Source of the DNA: Camelus dromedarius
Taxonomy: Eukaryota
Length of the DNA stretch: 64,000 bases
Reading direction: 5' to 3'
NCBI RefSeq assembly: GCF_036321535.1
Contig: NC_087436.1
Span: 43,960,001-44,024,000, forward strand
In this document: positions 26,320 through 38,720 of the stretch, one piece after another
How the letters are laid out: every line of letters begins with the position of its first letter
How positions within the stretch are numbered: the first letter of the stretch is position 1
The notes under the pieces: model-generated
Database searches by the model: none
The model's input: only the letters and a program-made list of their open reading frames with translations
What the model was told of the DNA's origin: nothing
Program-made: the position numbers and the translations under genes

Positions 26320-27319
26320 AGGGAAGAAATAGTGTTGATGATTAACGAACAAAATTGCAGCCTTATAGGAATCTGCCTTACTTACAGATGCACCCTTCCT
26401 TCCTCATGCTTACGGTTCTTGATTGTATCTAACTCCGAGAGTTTAATACTTAACCCCTTCTCAGAACCTATCAGATGGTGAAGCAGCAAGCGTCACTGTC
26501 ATTTTATTGCCAGTGAAACAGAACCATAAACAAGTACTGTCCTGAAGTCAAGGACAGAACTGAGACAAATGGGCGGCTTCCATCAGACATTTACCAGAAT
26601 TGGTGGGCGGTTTCCAAACCTTGAAATAGGTAGGCCAGTATGACCAAGGTCACTGCAAGCTTTGTCCTCCCGCCGCTGTGCTCAATCCTTTTTCCTCCTC
26701 ATATAGTCTCTTATCTCCTTCTAGACATCTACTGTAGTAGGCGCCCTGCACCTTTTAGTTCATTCCAGATCTTCTCCCTGAGGCAGAAAAATAGTATCAC
26801 CTTATTCACTCTAGGCTATAAAGGACTCCTGAGGTTGACAGTTTCCCGTTGTACCGAGTACCAGCCCTTACTTTTGGAACCCGAGACCCTGGGTGTTGAG
26901 TGAAGAATCCCTTCGGGTGGATGGTGCGAGAGAGGAAGCGCCTGGACTGCTTGGGCGTCAGACCAGAGCATCACCGGCACCGGGAGGCAGATTAGGAGCC
27001 CTGGAGCAAGTTCACGCCCTGCGTGTGCTGTTGCTCGCCCGGAAACTTAACCACCCTCTGGGCCTCAGTTTACTCATCTGTAAGGGAGGCCCACTCTCCC
27101 GGCCGTGGGGATTAAATAAGAATAATGTGAGCCAGGCACCTGTCTTGACTGGGAGGTTCAACTCCTCGCGTCCCTCGACCCCGGTCCCGGCCAGCACTTG
27201 CAGTGTGTGTGTGTGGGAAGCAGCCCTCAATGTTGAAGTGATTCTGTTCCCTTTTCAAAATCCAGCTCGCAAGTCACATCCTCTTCAGAAGAGGGGCTCT
27301 TGTTTGGGAGGTGGGGTCC

Positions 27320-28260
27320 CCGCCGGCTTACCACGCATCAAACCTGTTCTGGGAGCTCAGAAGGCGGCTGGACTTCTCGTCAGAAAGGGCGACGTCCGCG
27401 GTGCGGTCACCGCGCGGAGGAGGGAGGGGGGCGAGGGCTGGGCGGAGTCTGGGAACCTCGCACTTTGCGTCCTAAGCGCTCGGGGAAGGGAAGGCGGGGG
27501 GCCGTGCTCGGCCGGCGGGATTTAGGCGTCACCACGCGCGCGGGAAGGCCTTGGCCCCGCAGGGCTGAGAGGCGTCAGCATCTCTCTCCCTCCTCGGCGC
27601 TGTCCCCCAGCGCCGGCTCACACCTGCCCCCCAGCCCCCACCGCTGTAGCTGCGGCGCGGCGGGCGGGCGTTTTCACCGAGTGCGGCGCGGACGCGTTGC
27701 GGTGGGCGGTGGGCGGTGGGCGGTGACCGCCTGCGATCCGGGGCCTCCGCCGGGTCGCGTCCATTAACCTCGTGCGGAGCCCGGAACGCGAAGCCGCTCT
27801 GGGAAGGACTCTGGGACGCCGAGGTACCTGCCGGGTGGCGGTCTGAGGGATGACGTGGGGACGGTCTTTTCTGCTTATCGCCCGGAGAGGGAAGCTTTGT
27901 CAAGGACACTTTCGGGGTGTTGTATAGACAGACAGTCGTCACCCGCTCCTCCTGCTGGCTCGGCTACGCGCAGACGCTGGAGCAGTTACTCACGGCGTGA
28001 TCCCGGCTTCACAAAATTGAGTAATACTTGCAGACCAGAGGAAGGAGCACTGAGGAGAAATACTAGAGATGGGATTTAAGTGTTCTACTTGTACTTTTCT
28101 GTGCTTTGCAATTTTTTTTTTCTAATCCGTAAACAAGAAAACAAGTTTATGAAGGATAGCTCACAGTGGTTGCGGGAGACCCCTCGCCGTCGCCCACCGT
28201 CCCTCACTCTCGCTTGGCAGAGACTTTTCTGCTGAGACCCGGGGGGCTCTTCTACATCCG
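27320..28260 (+). promoter_or_regulatory. TIFA: CpG island, TIFA promoter
   Basis: Only GC/CpG-dense segment in an AT-rich window; many GGGCGG boxes; about 5 kb upstream of the TIFA coding exon. Confidence 0.88.
27530..27823 (+). other. TIFA: Candidate non-coding exon 1 of TIFA (start approximate)
   Basis: Donor-like GAG|GTACCT at 27823/27824 inside the island; TIFA is known as a gene with a non-coding first exon. Donor choice is inferred. Confidence 0.5.
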
Positions 28261-28314
28261 CCTTCCTTGCTTCAGCCTGGTTCATTAGGGAAATAACGTA
28301 ATCCCTTGTTTTTC

Positions 28315-28324
28315 GGGACTTTCC
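28315..28324 (+). promoter_or_regulatory. Canonical NF-kappaB site
   Basis: GGGACTTTCC, identical to the Ig-kappa kappaB element, at the edge of the TIFA CpG island. Confidence 0.65.
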
Positions 28325-29559
28325 CCAGCTTCCAGATTGAAAGAAGAATTTTTCCAAATTCTCTGGAGCCAGAGTCCACACTCAACCTCGCAGCGGAAGT
28401 CTGCCCTCACAGCGAATCGGACTGCAATTTTGATTGGACGCAGGCCAGCCAGGCAGAATTGGAGAAAGAAGACACCGTCTCTGATTTAAAAAGAGAAAGA
28501 AAGAAAAAGAAAAACCCCTGAGCTTTACCTAAGGGTTTCCTCCTGCTGTTTTGGTTTTTCACGAGTCCTTTTGCAAGACCTGTTTAGTAAGTATTGATTC
28601 TGCTGAATAGGAGCGTTCAGGGATGTCTTCAAAGCCACAATGCAGGGTGATGACCGGTGAGACGGGTCAGGCAGGATAGCTGCCTTTTTTGCTGTGCTTC
28701 CAAGTCTCTCTTCCCCTCCTACTAGCTCAGTGCCAGCAGTTATTGTGGTTCATATGTTAATACAGATGCTACTGTATGTCAGACATCATCAACAGTGTTT
28801 TACAAGTTTTTGATATCAGAGATCATAGTTTATCACTTTAATGATAGCCTCCAACTCCATTTAATACTATACAAATCAGATGCTTTATGACTTTGTAAAG
28901 GAAATACTTGTTACATGTTTCACTGCATATTAGATGCACATGGTATAAAATTCCAAAGGTACAGAGTGCACAGTGAAAAGTCTCCTTTACACCCCTGACC
29001 CCAGTTTCCCTCTCCAGATGTAACAACTGTTACCACTATGTAAGCTCATTGTTCTTATGTTTCTTTGATAACTTAGGCCAATCAGATTTGAAAAAGCTAC
29101 TTTTGAATGACTTTTTACATGAAAGATCCAGCAATTTCATTATTTTAGTTTTTTTGGTTAGTTTCTGTCTTTTCTATTTTTCTGCTGTCCACTCTGAAAT
29201 GTTAGAGATTCAGGCCACTTTGTAGAGGGAACTTGCAGCTCTGGAAATCAATGAATAGGTTAGTTTCTAAGTTCCCTGAGGTCAGAGACCAAGGTTTACT
29301 CAACTTTGGCGCTCCCTGCAGCCCACCATAATTACTAGTAACATGCCAGTATCCATATTAAGGATAACTGATATTCCCAGTAACCTGGTGCTTCACAGCC
29401 TCTTCCTCTTATAAGGAGGCAGTAACAGTGTATTTACCTCCTCAACACTAATTCTAGGTTGGTTTCTTGCTGGTTCTAATCAACACACCTCCATGGCTCT
29501 CTTCTCTCCTGGTTAGCTACGCTGGTTTGTGAAGTAACTGGTAACAGGGAGTAATGTTT

Positions 29560-29790
29560 GTAGTGGGCAAGAGAAAGGGTGCATTTCCGTTCTGTTTGAA
29601 TCCTGCCTTTGACACTGGCTTTGTGACCTCGGCTACTTGGCTAAACCCGCTGAGACTCACCTCCTTTGTCTGTGAAGTGATGGTTCATACTGTTATTTTG
29701 AAAATTAGATAAGACAGTATGTATACAGGGCTAGCACTGTGCCTGGTACATGAAAGGCATTCAGTAAGTAGTAGCCTTTATTACTGTCAG
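29560..29790 (+). mobile_element. MIR in the TIFA intron
   Basis: tttgaatcctgcc...gtgacctcgg...agcactgtgcctggtacat...cattcagtaagt. Confidence 0.7.
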
Positions 29791-32579
29791 GCTTTGTAAC
29801 TTTCATACATTCATACGATAGGTGAGGACATATGTCAGGGTATATTATGGCTCAGTAACAAATAAGTTACAAAAAGGATTGATTTCTTGCTCGTATGGTA
29901 AGTCTTTTATGGCTCTATCTTTGGTCTTTCCCTCTGGGACCCACGCTGAGCTGCTCCTTTTGGGGACTGCAAATGTAACAGAGGAAAGGATCTACCTGCA
30001 CAGTGATTTTTATAATGTATGCTTAGAAATAAGCTTCACATTTCATTGATATGATTGTCAATGGAGTGGGAAAGATCATCTTTTAAAGGGGCAGAGCCAG
30101 TAGAGATGGGCCTGGTAGTGAGGGGCAGTAAATGTTTGACAGTGACACGGTCTCCCTCAGTGTTTGTTGGAGGCTCACAATTGTGAACCCAGAAGTTCAT
30201 CAGATGCTGATTGCTTCACCCCAAGACACTTATAGCCACTGATTTATAAACCAGAATGCCAGCTTTTTCCTTTGCAGTGGATAATACATTTGCCCTGTGT
30301 ACTAGCCATAAGAGCCTATATGGGGCAAAGTTTTCCTGATGGTGGATTTGCTCTAAAGACTGAGTTCTAAGCTACTAGGTTATATAAAGAACACAAAAAC
30401 AAAATTTGGGTGTTACCAAAAGACATTATCCAGAATATACCATGTTTTAACATCCAGGTCTCCTTTTAGAACTGTTACTGTCCGAAGTCCAGAAATGAAT
30501 TAGAGTGGTGGCAGCGTATCCTAGACAAGGCAGAGATCATGACAAGAAGTTTCTTTTTACACTCTTTGTTAACAGCTAATTCTTTCCTTGTCAACCAATA
30601 ATTGCATCATCTCATGATTTGTTATGATTATTCTTTTAAGCTGTCTGCTTCTTAAATATTTATTATTGTAATTAAATTATCTTCAAGTCCTGCAGTGTAG
30701 GATTGATTAATTCTTGTCTTTGTGTGTTAGTTCTTGCTGTCTTTGGTTTTATAGTAATTCTTACCACCCTTGTCCCAAGATTTTGAATGTTCCTCTCTGT
30801 TTTTCTGCTTATAGCTGGGCATTTGTTGTCTGCTTGAGTAAGGCAATATGATATAATAATGTCCAAAAAGAGCCTATTATGAAAGTAAATTTAAAATTAC
30901 AGATATATTTCCAAATCAATAAAAAAGAAATTTTCCTTAGTTATGTCATTTGTTGAGTAATTGAATAAACTGAGTTTGATTTTTAGCAGCACAACTTTGC
31001 AAAACAGAAAAGATTCTCTTAAAAGTACACAGCAGCAAGCATAGAAAGAAAAGGAAAACATTCTGCTTTTTTCTTTTTAACCAGCATTATTTGATACCAA
31101 TATCTAATACAGATGGCAAACAAAAAACAATAAAACTACAAGTCAGCTTCGCTTAAGGCCATTGCTCCTCAAACCCCACTGTAAGTCCTGCATAGTATTT
31201 AAGGAAGGCCCGGAGGACTCATCATCACCCTGTATCTCCTGGTGTAATAACCACCACACGAGATTAAAGGAATTCTAGGCAGCTATTCAAGACTGAGGTA
31301 TATTTATATGTATAGATATGGAAAAAATCACCCGTTTGTATTACTAATCAAAAAAAAATGCAAGGTCTAGAATTAAGTACAGTATGTTCCTATTTGTGTA
31401 AGAAAATTTTTTTTGTATGTTTAGATATGTGTATGTCTTTGAGCATACACATAGTTATATTTATTGTGTTTCAGACTTCTGTAAGGATAAACGCAACTTT
31501 TACAGTAGTTGACTCTCAAAGAGTAAACAAAGGATTAGGGTGGAAAGAAGATACTTAAAAAAATTCTTTTTAAATGTTTGAATTTTTTAATCATGTGCAT
31601 GCAGTTCTTTTAAAAGAAACTAAACTGGCAGTTCTGTGTCAAAATAACTTCTCATAGATTTTAGTAACTAATTCTTCTGTCCTGTTTTACTGCTTAAACT
31701 ACTCCACTGATTATTAACGGTACTTATAGCGTAGGTGGAGGACACCAAAGGGCCGTGCACTCAACAGGGATGTGGTTAACAGCAGTTAGATTGTGTTGCT
31801 TGTGGTTAATGACAGTTTGTCTAGTCATTAGGAACCATTGACAAAAATAAATAATCTCAGTACAAGTACAGACTATATGATATTTAGAACTACCTCAAGG
31901 AGATTTATTTTTCAATTAAAAGCATATAATGTCTACATTTTAAAATTATAGAATAAAATAAACTTTTAAAGCATTTACTGTTTTTAAACCTTTACTTACT
32001 AGAAATCTAAGGATATACAGGACAAATGTTGCAGTTACTTGTTTATAACTTTTAAATTTCTTTAATCAGATTTCATAACTCATAGTATCAAATTATAATT
32101 CAGTTAATAAACTATAGATTTCTTTATGTGTATATCCTATGAGGGTATTCACACCAAAGGGATTCTTTATTCCTGATTTTCTTTTTAAAGTATAGCTGTC
32201 CTATTTTGTCTGGGCCCAAGTCACTCAATTTAAATGAGAAAGGAACTGAACTGAAGTTTCTTTATGCTCCCCCCAAATCACTTTATCAATAATCATTCCT
32301 TATTACTGTCCAGATTATATGTGTAGTCTTACTGTCAAACTAGAAATGAAAAATAGGAAAAAGTAATGCATCATTTCTCATGGGGCTTAGTATAACATTT
32401 CACGTTTCTACTAGTTAGTTGAAAGTATTCTATGTATCATTTTCTTAAAGTCTAAATAAATCACCTATCAGAAAATTTTCATCAAAATATTATAATCCAA
32501 GATCTGAGTGCTTGACATATGGGAGTGAACTAATGTGCTGATTTGATTGTTGCAGGCAGGTCAGATTCTGGTGCACATC

Positions 32580-33134
32580 ATGTCTGGTTTTGAAGATGCT
32601 GACACGGAAGAGACAGTAACCTGTCTCCAGATGACTGTTTATCATCCTGGCTACCAGCGAAGTGGAATATTCCAGTCAATAAGATTTTTTAACCGAGAGA
32701 AACTCTCCTCCAGTGAAGTGGTGAAATTTGGCCGAAATTCCAACACCTGTCATTATACCTTTCAGGATAAACAGGTTTCCCGAGTTCAGTTTTCTCTGCA
32801 GCTGTTTAAAAAGTTTGGTAGCTCAGTTCTCTCTTTTGAAATTAAAAATGTGAGTAAGAAGGCCAGTCTGATTGTGGACAACAAGGAGCTGGGCTACCTA
32901 AATAAAATGGACCTGCCATACAAGTGCATGGTTAGATTTGGGGACTATCAGTTTCTGATAGAGAAGGAAGATGGAGAATCATTAGAGTTTTTTGAGATTC
33001 AATTTACTTTGTCTACACAACCACTGTTGCAAGAAAACAACTGGCTACCAGAGCCCATACCTGAGTGTGGCGGTTATTCATCCTCCTCTACCCAAAACAA
33101 TTCTCCTATAGAAATGGGTGAAAATGAATGGTGA
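32580..33134 (+). CDS. TIFA: TRAF-interacting protein with FHA domain A, complete single-exon CDS, 184 aa
   Basis: Translation [24 protein letters not shown]...VKFGRNSN...VSRVQF...EIKN...PIEMGENEW* matches TIFA: Thr9, FHA residues G51-R52/S67/K89-N90, C-terminal PxExxE motif with E178. ATG at 32580 follows acceptor AGs at 32554-32564. Confidence 0.98.
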   Translation: MSGFEDADTEETVTCLQMTVYHPGYQRSGIFQSIRFFNREKLSSSEVVKFGRNSNTCHYTFQDKQVSRVQFSLQLFKKFGSSVLSFEIKNVSKKASLIVDNKELGYLNKMDLPYKCMVRFGDYQFLIEKEDGESLEFFEIQFTLSTQPLLQENNWLPEPIPECGGYSSSSTQNNSPIEMGENEW

Positions 33135-33915
33135 ACACACAGGGCTAAGAGAATCATGGCTGAAGAACTCTAGACACTTTATAGATACTTCCCTTATTAA
33201 GAGTTTATCAGTGTAGTATATTATTGTCATCTGTTATGTTGTTATGATCTGATGTCATTTGAAGCCTGTCAGTTGTGTTAGTCATTGCTTTAGGCTCTTG
33301 TTGCATTGCTGGATGTATAAAGAATTACTGTAAGTGTACTCTGTAAGCGTTAATACATAAAAAGTATCCTTTGTGATGAAGGATTAGTGTTCTCAAAATA
33401 AGGTTATGTTACTTTATTTTTATGCTTGATTTTGGTCCTACATTTTGTATTGTTTCATTTTGATTTGTACAGAACCATCTCTTGGTTTGGTCATACTATT
33501 TCATAACAGCCATTTGTTTTCAAGGTCAGAGCTACAAGCAAGTTATGGGTGTTGTAACCTGTTGGTACTTATAGTACCAGAGTACTGGAATAGAGCATAG
33601 TGTGTTTTAGTGTCTGTGTGTCATTGTGGTTTTAATATGGGAAGACTTACTTAAACAATAATATTTTGATTTTCTGTGTTTTTTCCCTATAGAATTATGG
33701 TGTTTATGCCAAGACTACAGTTCTCCTTGTTTATATTCGGCATCTAAAAACCAGTATTTTAAACATTTTCATGAACCACTGTGTTTAGGATTATTTTTCA
33801 TTTTTCTTACCAAATTTTGAATTGTTTACATACTACAGATTTTTAAATTCCATGAATTCAAAATTTTAACAGCATCTGTGTACATAAATAAAATCAAAGT
33901 TTAATTCTCTAACCA
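33135..33915 (+). other. TIFA: TIFA 3' UTR ending near AATAAA 33887-33892
   Basis: U-rich sequence after the stop; TGTA upstream element, AATAAA, then pyrimidine-rich sequence; repeat-derived DNA follows. Confidence 0.65.
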
Positions 33916-36769
33916 TTTTCTCTGAAACTCTTACTGAAGACAGGAAAGGACTGTTTTTAGACTACTCTGAGGAAGGAATGTAGTAGGCAACAGGCAGAGG
34001 CTCAGGCTAGGGATTCAAACAATCCAGCTGTGCCCCTCATTGCATATTGGCTTCGTTAGTTCTTCACATCACATGGTGAGAACCCTTCATGCCACCCAAA
34101 GAGAATCCTTATCTCCCAATTCCAGTTCAAGGGAAAGATTACCTTGGGTCAGGTGCCCACCCATCTACCAGTCAACTCTCCTCAGGTCCTATTAAATAAT
34201 GGTGGTTTCAGCAAGTGACCATGTAGATAGTAAAGGCATTTCCTCAAAAAATGGCCACAGTGGGGTGGGGTTGAGGGCAAACAAAAATATCGGTGTTTGA
34301 TACAAAGTACTACAGCTAAGTTGTGGAACTTTCAATTCATCTCTTAAGGACTTTTTTGTCCCAAGAAGTTGATTTTTCTTGGATTCTTTAAATAAAGGGG
34401 TGTGTTAATTGGTGCCTGTGTTAGTCACAGGCAGTTTCTTTTTGAACCCGCAAGTTTACGACAAAGGGGTGCTTTACAATGGTGAAATCTCATATCCCAT
34501 ATGATTATATAACCATATTCTAGAAGATTCTGTTTCTACTATCTACTTAATGCATTAACCTGAAGAAGCATTACTTTTAGGCTCTAACATGAATGTATTT
34601 GTTTTAATATGCCTTGTAGAAAAATTAGCTATAATCTTACTACCAGGAGATAATTATTAACACTTTGTGTTTATATATTTGGTAGCTGCTTCCATGTTAT
34701 CTCATGGCCCTTTTTACTTTTCCAGTCCTCTAACACTTAATTCTTTATAGTAATTGTTATGTTAAAATAACAGGTATGGTTACTATTTTACTTACTGGAC
34801 CCTGATTGAAACAATTAGAGCTTCCATTTCAGGTGATGACCAAGGATGAGCACTATGAATACTGTAGCTGGAATTTATGGGGCTTCTAGTTGGTACAAGT
34901 TGTCCTCAAGTTCAATCACTCACCATTCTACTATTCAACCTATATGAAAATATTTATTTGGCCTTAGTATCTCTAACAATGCTTTTCAGGGACACTGGTG
35001 AAGAAAATAGGAAAGCAGTGGTATTAGCTCCGTTGCTGATTTCAACATTTTGTTGCTGGTTGGAAGGTCACTGAGGGACTAGAGAGGAGCCAGTTGGCAT
35101 TGCTTACCAGCATTTTCACAGAATGGAAAATTGTGAGATGCATGCGAAGTCAACAGCTTTCTTAATACTGTAGTGAAATCATTCTCAAAAGCCAAAATCA
35201 AGGCAGTAACATTTTACAAAAGGAAACTTCTGAGGTTAGACAGGCCAAATAAGGTATGATAGTGGAACTTCGCCTTAGGTCAAAGTGCCTTTTTACAATA
35301 GTATAACTTTTGATATCTTTAAACAATTTTTCAATCATCCAAAGTTAGTTTAGACTTTTTCTAACAGCTAAGTAAAAAAAAAAAACTCCAAACTTCAAAA
35401 AAGAAAAACAAAAACCCTCAAAAACAATTCTACTCTAATTTCTACAGAAAGGAAGTATGTATAGTGTTGAGTGTAGACTCTGAATCATACTGCCTTGGTT
35501 TAGCTACCATTTCCTGTATAATTTGTCAGTAGCTCTGAGCTTCAGTTTCCTTTTCTGAAAAACGGATTACATCAGGGTTTCTGTGAAAATCCTGAGCTAA
35601 AGTATGTAGACTCCTTACCATGGTATTACACATAGTACGATATTTTGCATAGGACTGAGCACAAGGCGGTCCTTATATTTAATGGTCACATATGAAAGAT
35701 ATGTTACAGAGATGTACTACAGAGGACAATACTACTTACTTCTGGGTGTCAGAAAAAAAAAACCCTTTAATTTGTAATATTAATAAAAATACTCACATGA
35801 TAATTTAATATCATTTTCCTAATTTCATTTTCAGCTTTAATATTTCCTGAGGATATAAGAATCAGATACTGGAAATCTGTCTTTTACAGTGAATTCTTTT
35901 GTTATCTCCTTTACTGTCAGATAATTAACCAGAAGTACTAAATAAATGAAGATGAGAGAACACTATAAACATATTTGAAATACAATCTTTTTTAGATGTC
36001 TGTGTTCTTAAATTATGATTAAAACATCTTTACATAAGTTAAAGTAAAATGAAAATTCTGACTTCTACTTAAAAGATGTATTTCTCCAATTACTGGGGTA
36101 AAAAAGCAGGCATAATTTCCAGTTATACTATTTTAGAAGTTCAAGCATCTTAAATAAAAACCTTCACACAACCCCATATACCCTCCAGCTACCCCATTTC
36201 TCTGCTCTCTCTGACAGCAACTTTTCAAATAAGTTGTCTACACTGGCCATTTTTTCACCCCTTGCAAGATACTTCTCAGTTTCTACCCCTTCATTTGTAA
36301 AAATGGTAATATGCACCAATATTCATGTTCCCAAACCGAACTGACACACCTTGTCCTCTTCTCTCAATACCCCAGGAGCATTTGAGACCGTGACTCTTCT
36401 CTTTTTCTGGCTCCAGTGACACCATATTCTTTGGTTCCCCACAATCCTTCTGTATTTGCTTCTTTTGGCAGGTTTTCTACTTCCTGGCCTCTAAAGGTCA
36501 ACACTTGGTTGGGATTCTCTGCCTATCTGCTTCCTTGGGGTGATCTCAGCAGGAATAATGACTTAAAATACTATTTACCGACTACTGACTGACTGCTAAA
36601 CTTGTACCTGTTCTCTGAGATGCAGACATATATCCCATCATCTACTTAATTTCATTCAGATTTCTTATAAAACACCTCAAATTTAATTTTCCAAAAGAGA
36701 ACTCTTAATTTCCTCTAATCTCCAAAACCTGTTCCTCTCACTACATTAAGTCAGAAACCAAGAAGTTAC

Positions 36770-37374
36770 TGTCAAGAATAGCTGCAGTGACACAACATTG
36801 TAAACTGACAATACTTCAACCAAAATAATAACTAAAATTAAAAAAAAAAAGCAGCTGCAGCTGCTAGGCTAACTGTCATACTTGCATATATTTGGCCTAT
36901 AGGGAGACAATGAGCTAAAATAGACAGTTTATTACTTACACAGATAGCAAAAGCAAGACCAGTGTGGAGTCAGTGTCCCACGTCCTAGGTCCCTTGCTGA
37001 CACTGAGCCAGGGGGGCCAGATCACAGATGATTTAAGTGGAGAGTAGCTCTGTCATTGAGGAGCCAACTCTAAACTCCAACCAAGCAGTTTTATTAGCCT
37101 GTATCTGTACCTGAATGTGGGTACAGTGGAAATCCCATGCCTCACTGGAACCAGGGAGTTGAATGAGAAACTGCCTCATGGCAGCCTTCTACGAGGCAGG
37201 GCAGGGAGTCAGATGATAAATGACTTTATGATGGCTCCCGTATCCTGCCATGATCCAGGGAGGATCATAGTGCTTTCTGTCAAGACTTGTGTCAGACTAC
37301 GGTTGAGTGTTGCCATGTGGATATGCACAGTGAGCAAGTCTGCCAGGGCAGCATGTGGAATGCATTACCCTACA
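36770..37374 (-). mobile_element. ERVL-class solo LTR containing a tiny L1 3' insertion
   Basis: TG...CA ends, near-perfect 5-bp TSD GTTAC/GTTAA (36765-36769, 37375-37379), minus-strand AATAAA about 36928. Confidence 0.7.
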
Positions 37375-37379
37375 GTTAA

Positions 37380-38720
37380 TGGGCAGAGGATCTGAACAGA
37401 CATTTTTCCAAAGAAGACATACAGATGGCTAACAGGTACGTGAAAAGATGCTCAACATCACTAATCACCAGGGAAGTGAAAATCAAAACCACAATGAACT
37501 GACCTCACATCTGTCAGAATGGTTATTATAAAAAAAGACAACAAATAACAAGTGTTGGTAAGGAAGTATAGAAAAGGGAACCCTTGAGCACTTTTGATGG
37601 GAATATAAACTGGTGCAGCCACTATGGAAAACAGTATGGAGGTATCTCAAAAAATTAAAAATAGAACTACCATATGATTCAGTAATTTCACTTCTGGATA
37701 TTTACTTGAAGAAAGCAAAAACACTAATTAGAAAAGATATATGCACCCCTATGTTCACTGCACCATTACTTAGAATAGCGAAGACACAGTAGTAACCAAA
37801 GTGCCCATCAATGGATGGATAAGAAGATGGGTGTGAGTGTTATATGTGTATGAATATTACTTGGCCATAAAAAAAGAGTGAAATCTTGCCATTTGCAACA
37901 ATGTGGGTGGACCCAGAGGGTATAATGCTAAGTGAAATAAATCAGAAAAAGACAAATATTGTATGATTTCACTTATATGTGGAATTAAAAAAAATGATCA
38001 AACATAAAACAGAAACAGAATTATATTATAGACACAGAGAACAAACAAATGGTTCCCAGAGGAGAGAGGGGTGAGGAGAGAAAAGAAATAGATGAGAGAG
38101 ATTGAGGTAAAAACTTCGGTTGTAAAATAAATGAGTAACAGTATGAAATATACAGTGTGGGGATGTAGTCAGTAACTATGTAATTGTATCTTTGTATGGT
38201 GACAGATGGTACCTAGATTTATCTTGGTGAACATTTTGAAATGTAGAGAAATACCAAATCACTATGTTGTGTAACAGCAATCAACATAGTTCTGTAGGTC
38301 AATTATACTTTAAAAACAGATAGACTAATAGAAAAAGAGATCAGATTTGTGGTTACCAGAGATGGAGGGTGGGGGGAGGGGGAACTGGAGGAAGGCAGTC
38401 AAAAGGAACAAACTTTCTGTTATAAGATAAAAAAGTACCAGGGATGTAATGTACAACATGATTAATAATAGTACTGCTGAATGTTACATATGAAAGTTGT
38501 GAAGAGAGTAAATCCTAAGAGTTCTCATCACGAGAAAAATAATTTTTTCCTGTTTCTTTAATTTTGTATCTATTGATGTTCACTAAATTTATTGTGAACA
38601 CTAAATTTATTGTATGAAATAATCACTTCATGATATATGTAAGTTAAATCATTATGCTGTATGCCTTAAGCTTATACAGTGGTCTGTGTCCATTATCTCA
38701 ATAAAACTGGGGAAAAAAAA
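37380..38720 (+). mobile_element. L1 ORF2 end and 3' UTR with polyA tail
   Basis: gaacagacatttttccaaagaagacatacagatggc...aataaaactggggaaaaaaaa. Confidence 0.93.

Noticed and set aside
26893..28079. Long overlapping ORFs (210, 155, 137, 74 aa) around the CpG island
   Set aside because: G/R/P/A-rich with no recognisable domain; expected from stop-codon scarcity in GC-rich DNA.
32547..32579. 11-aa N-terminal extension of TIFA in the ORF track
   Set aside because: Starts at a TTG upstream of the acceptor; the ATG at 32580 gives the expected Thr9/Glu178 numbering.
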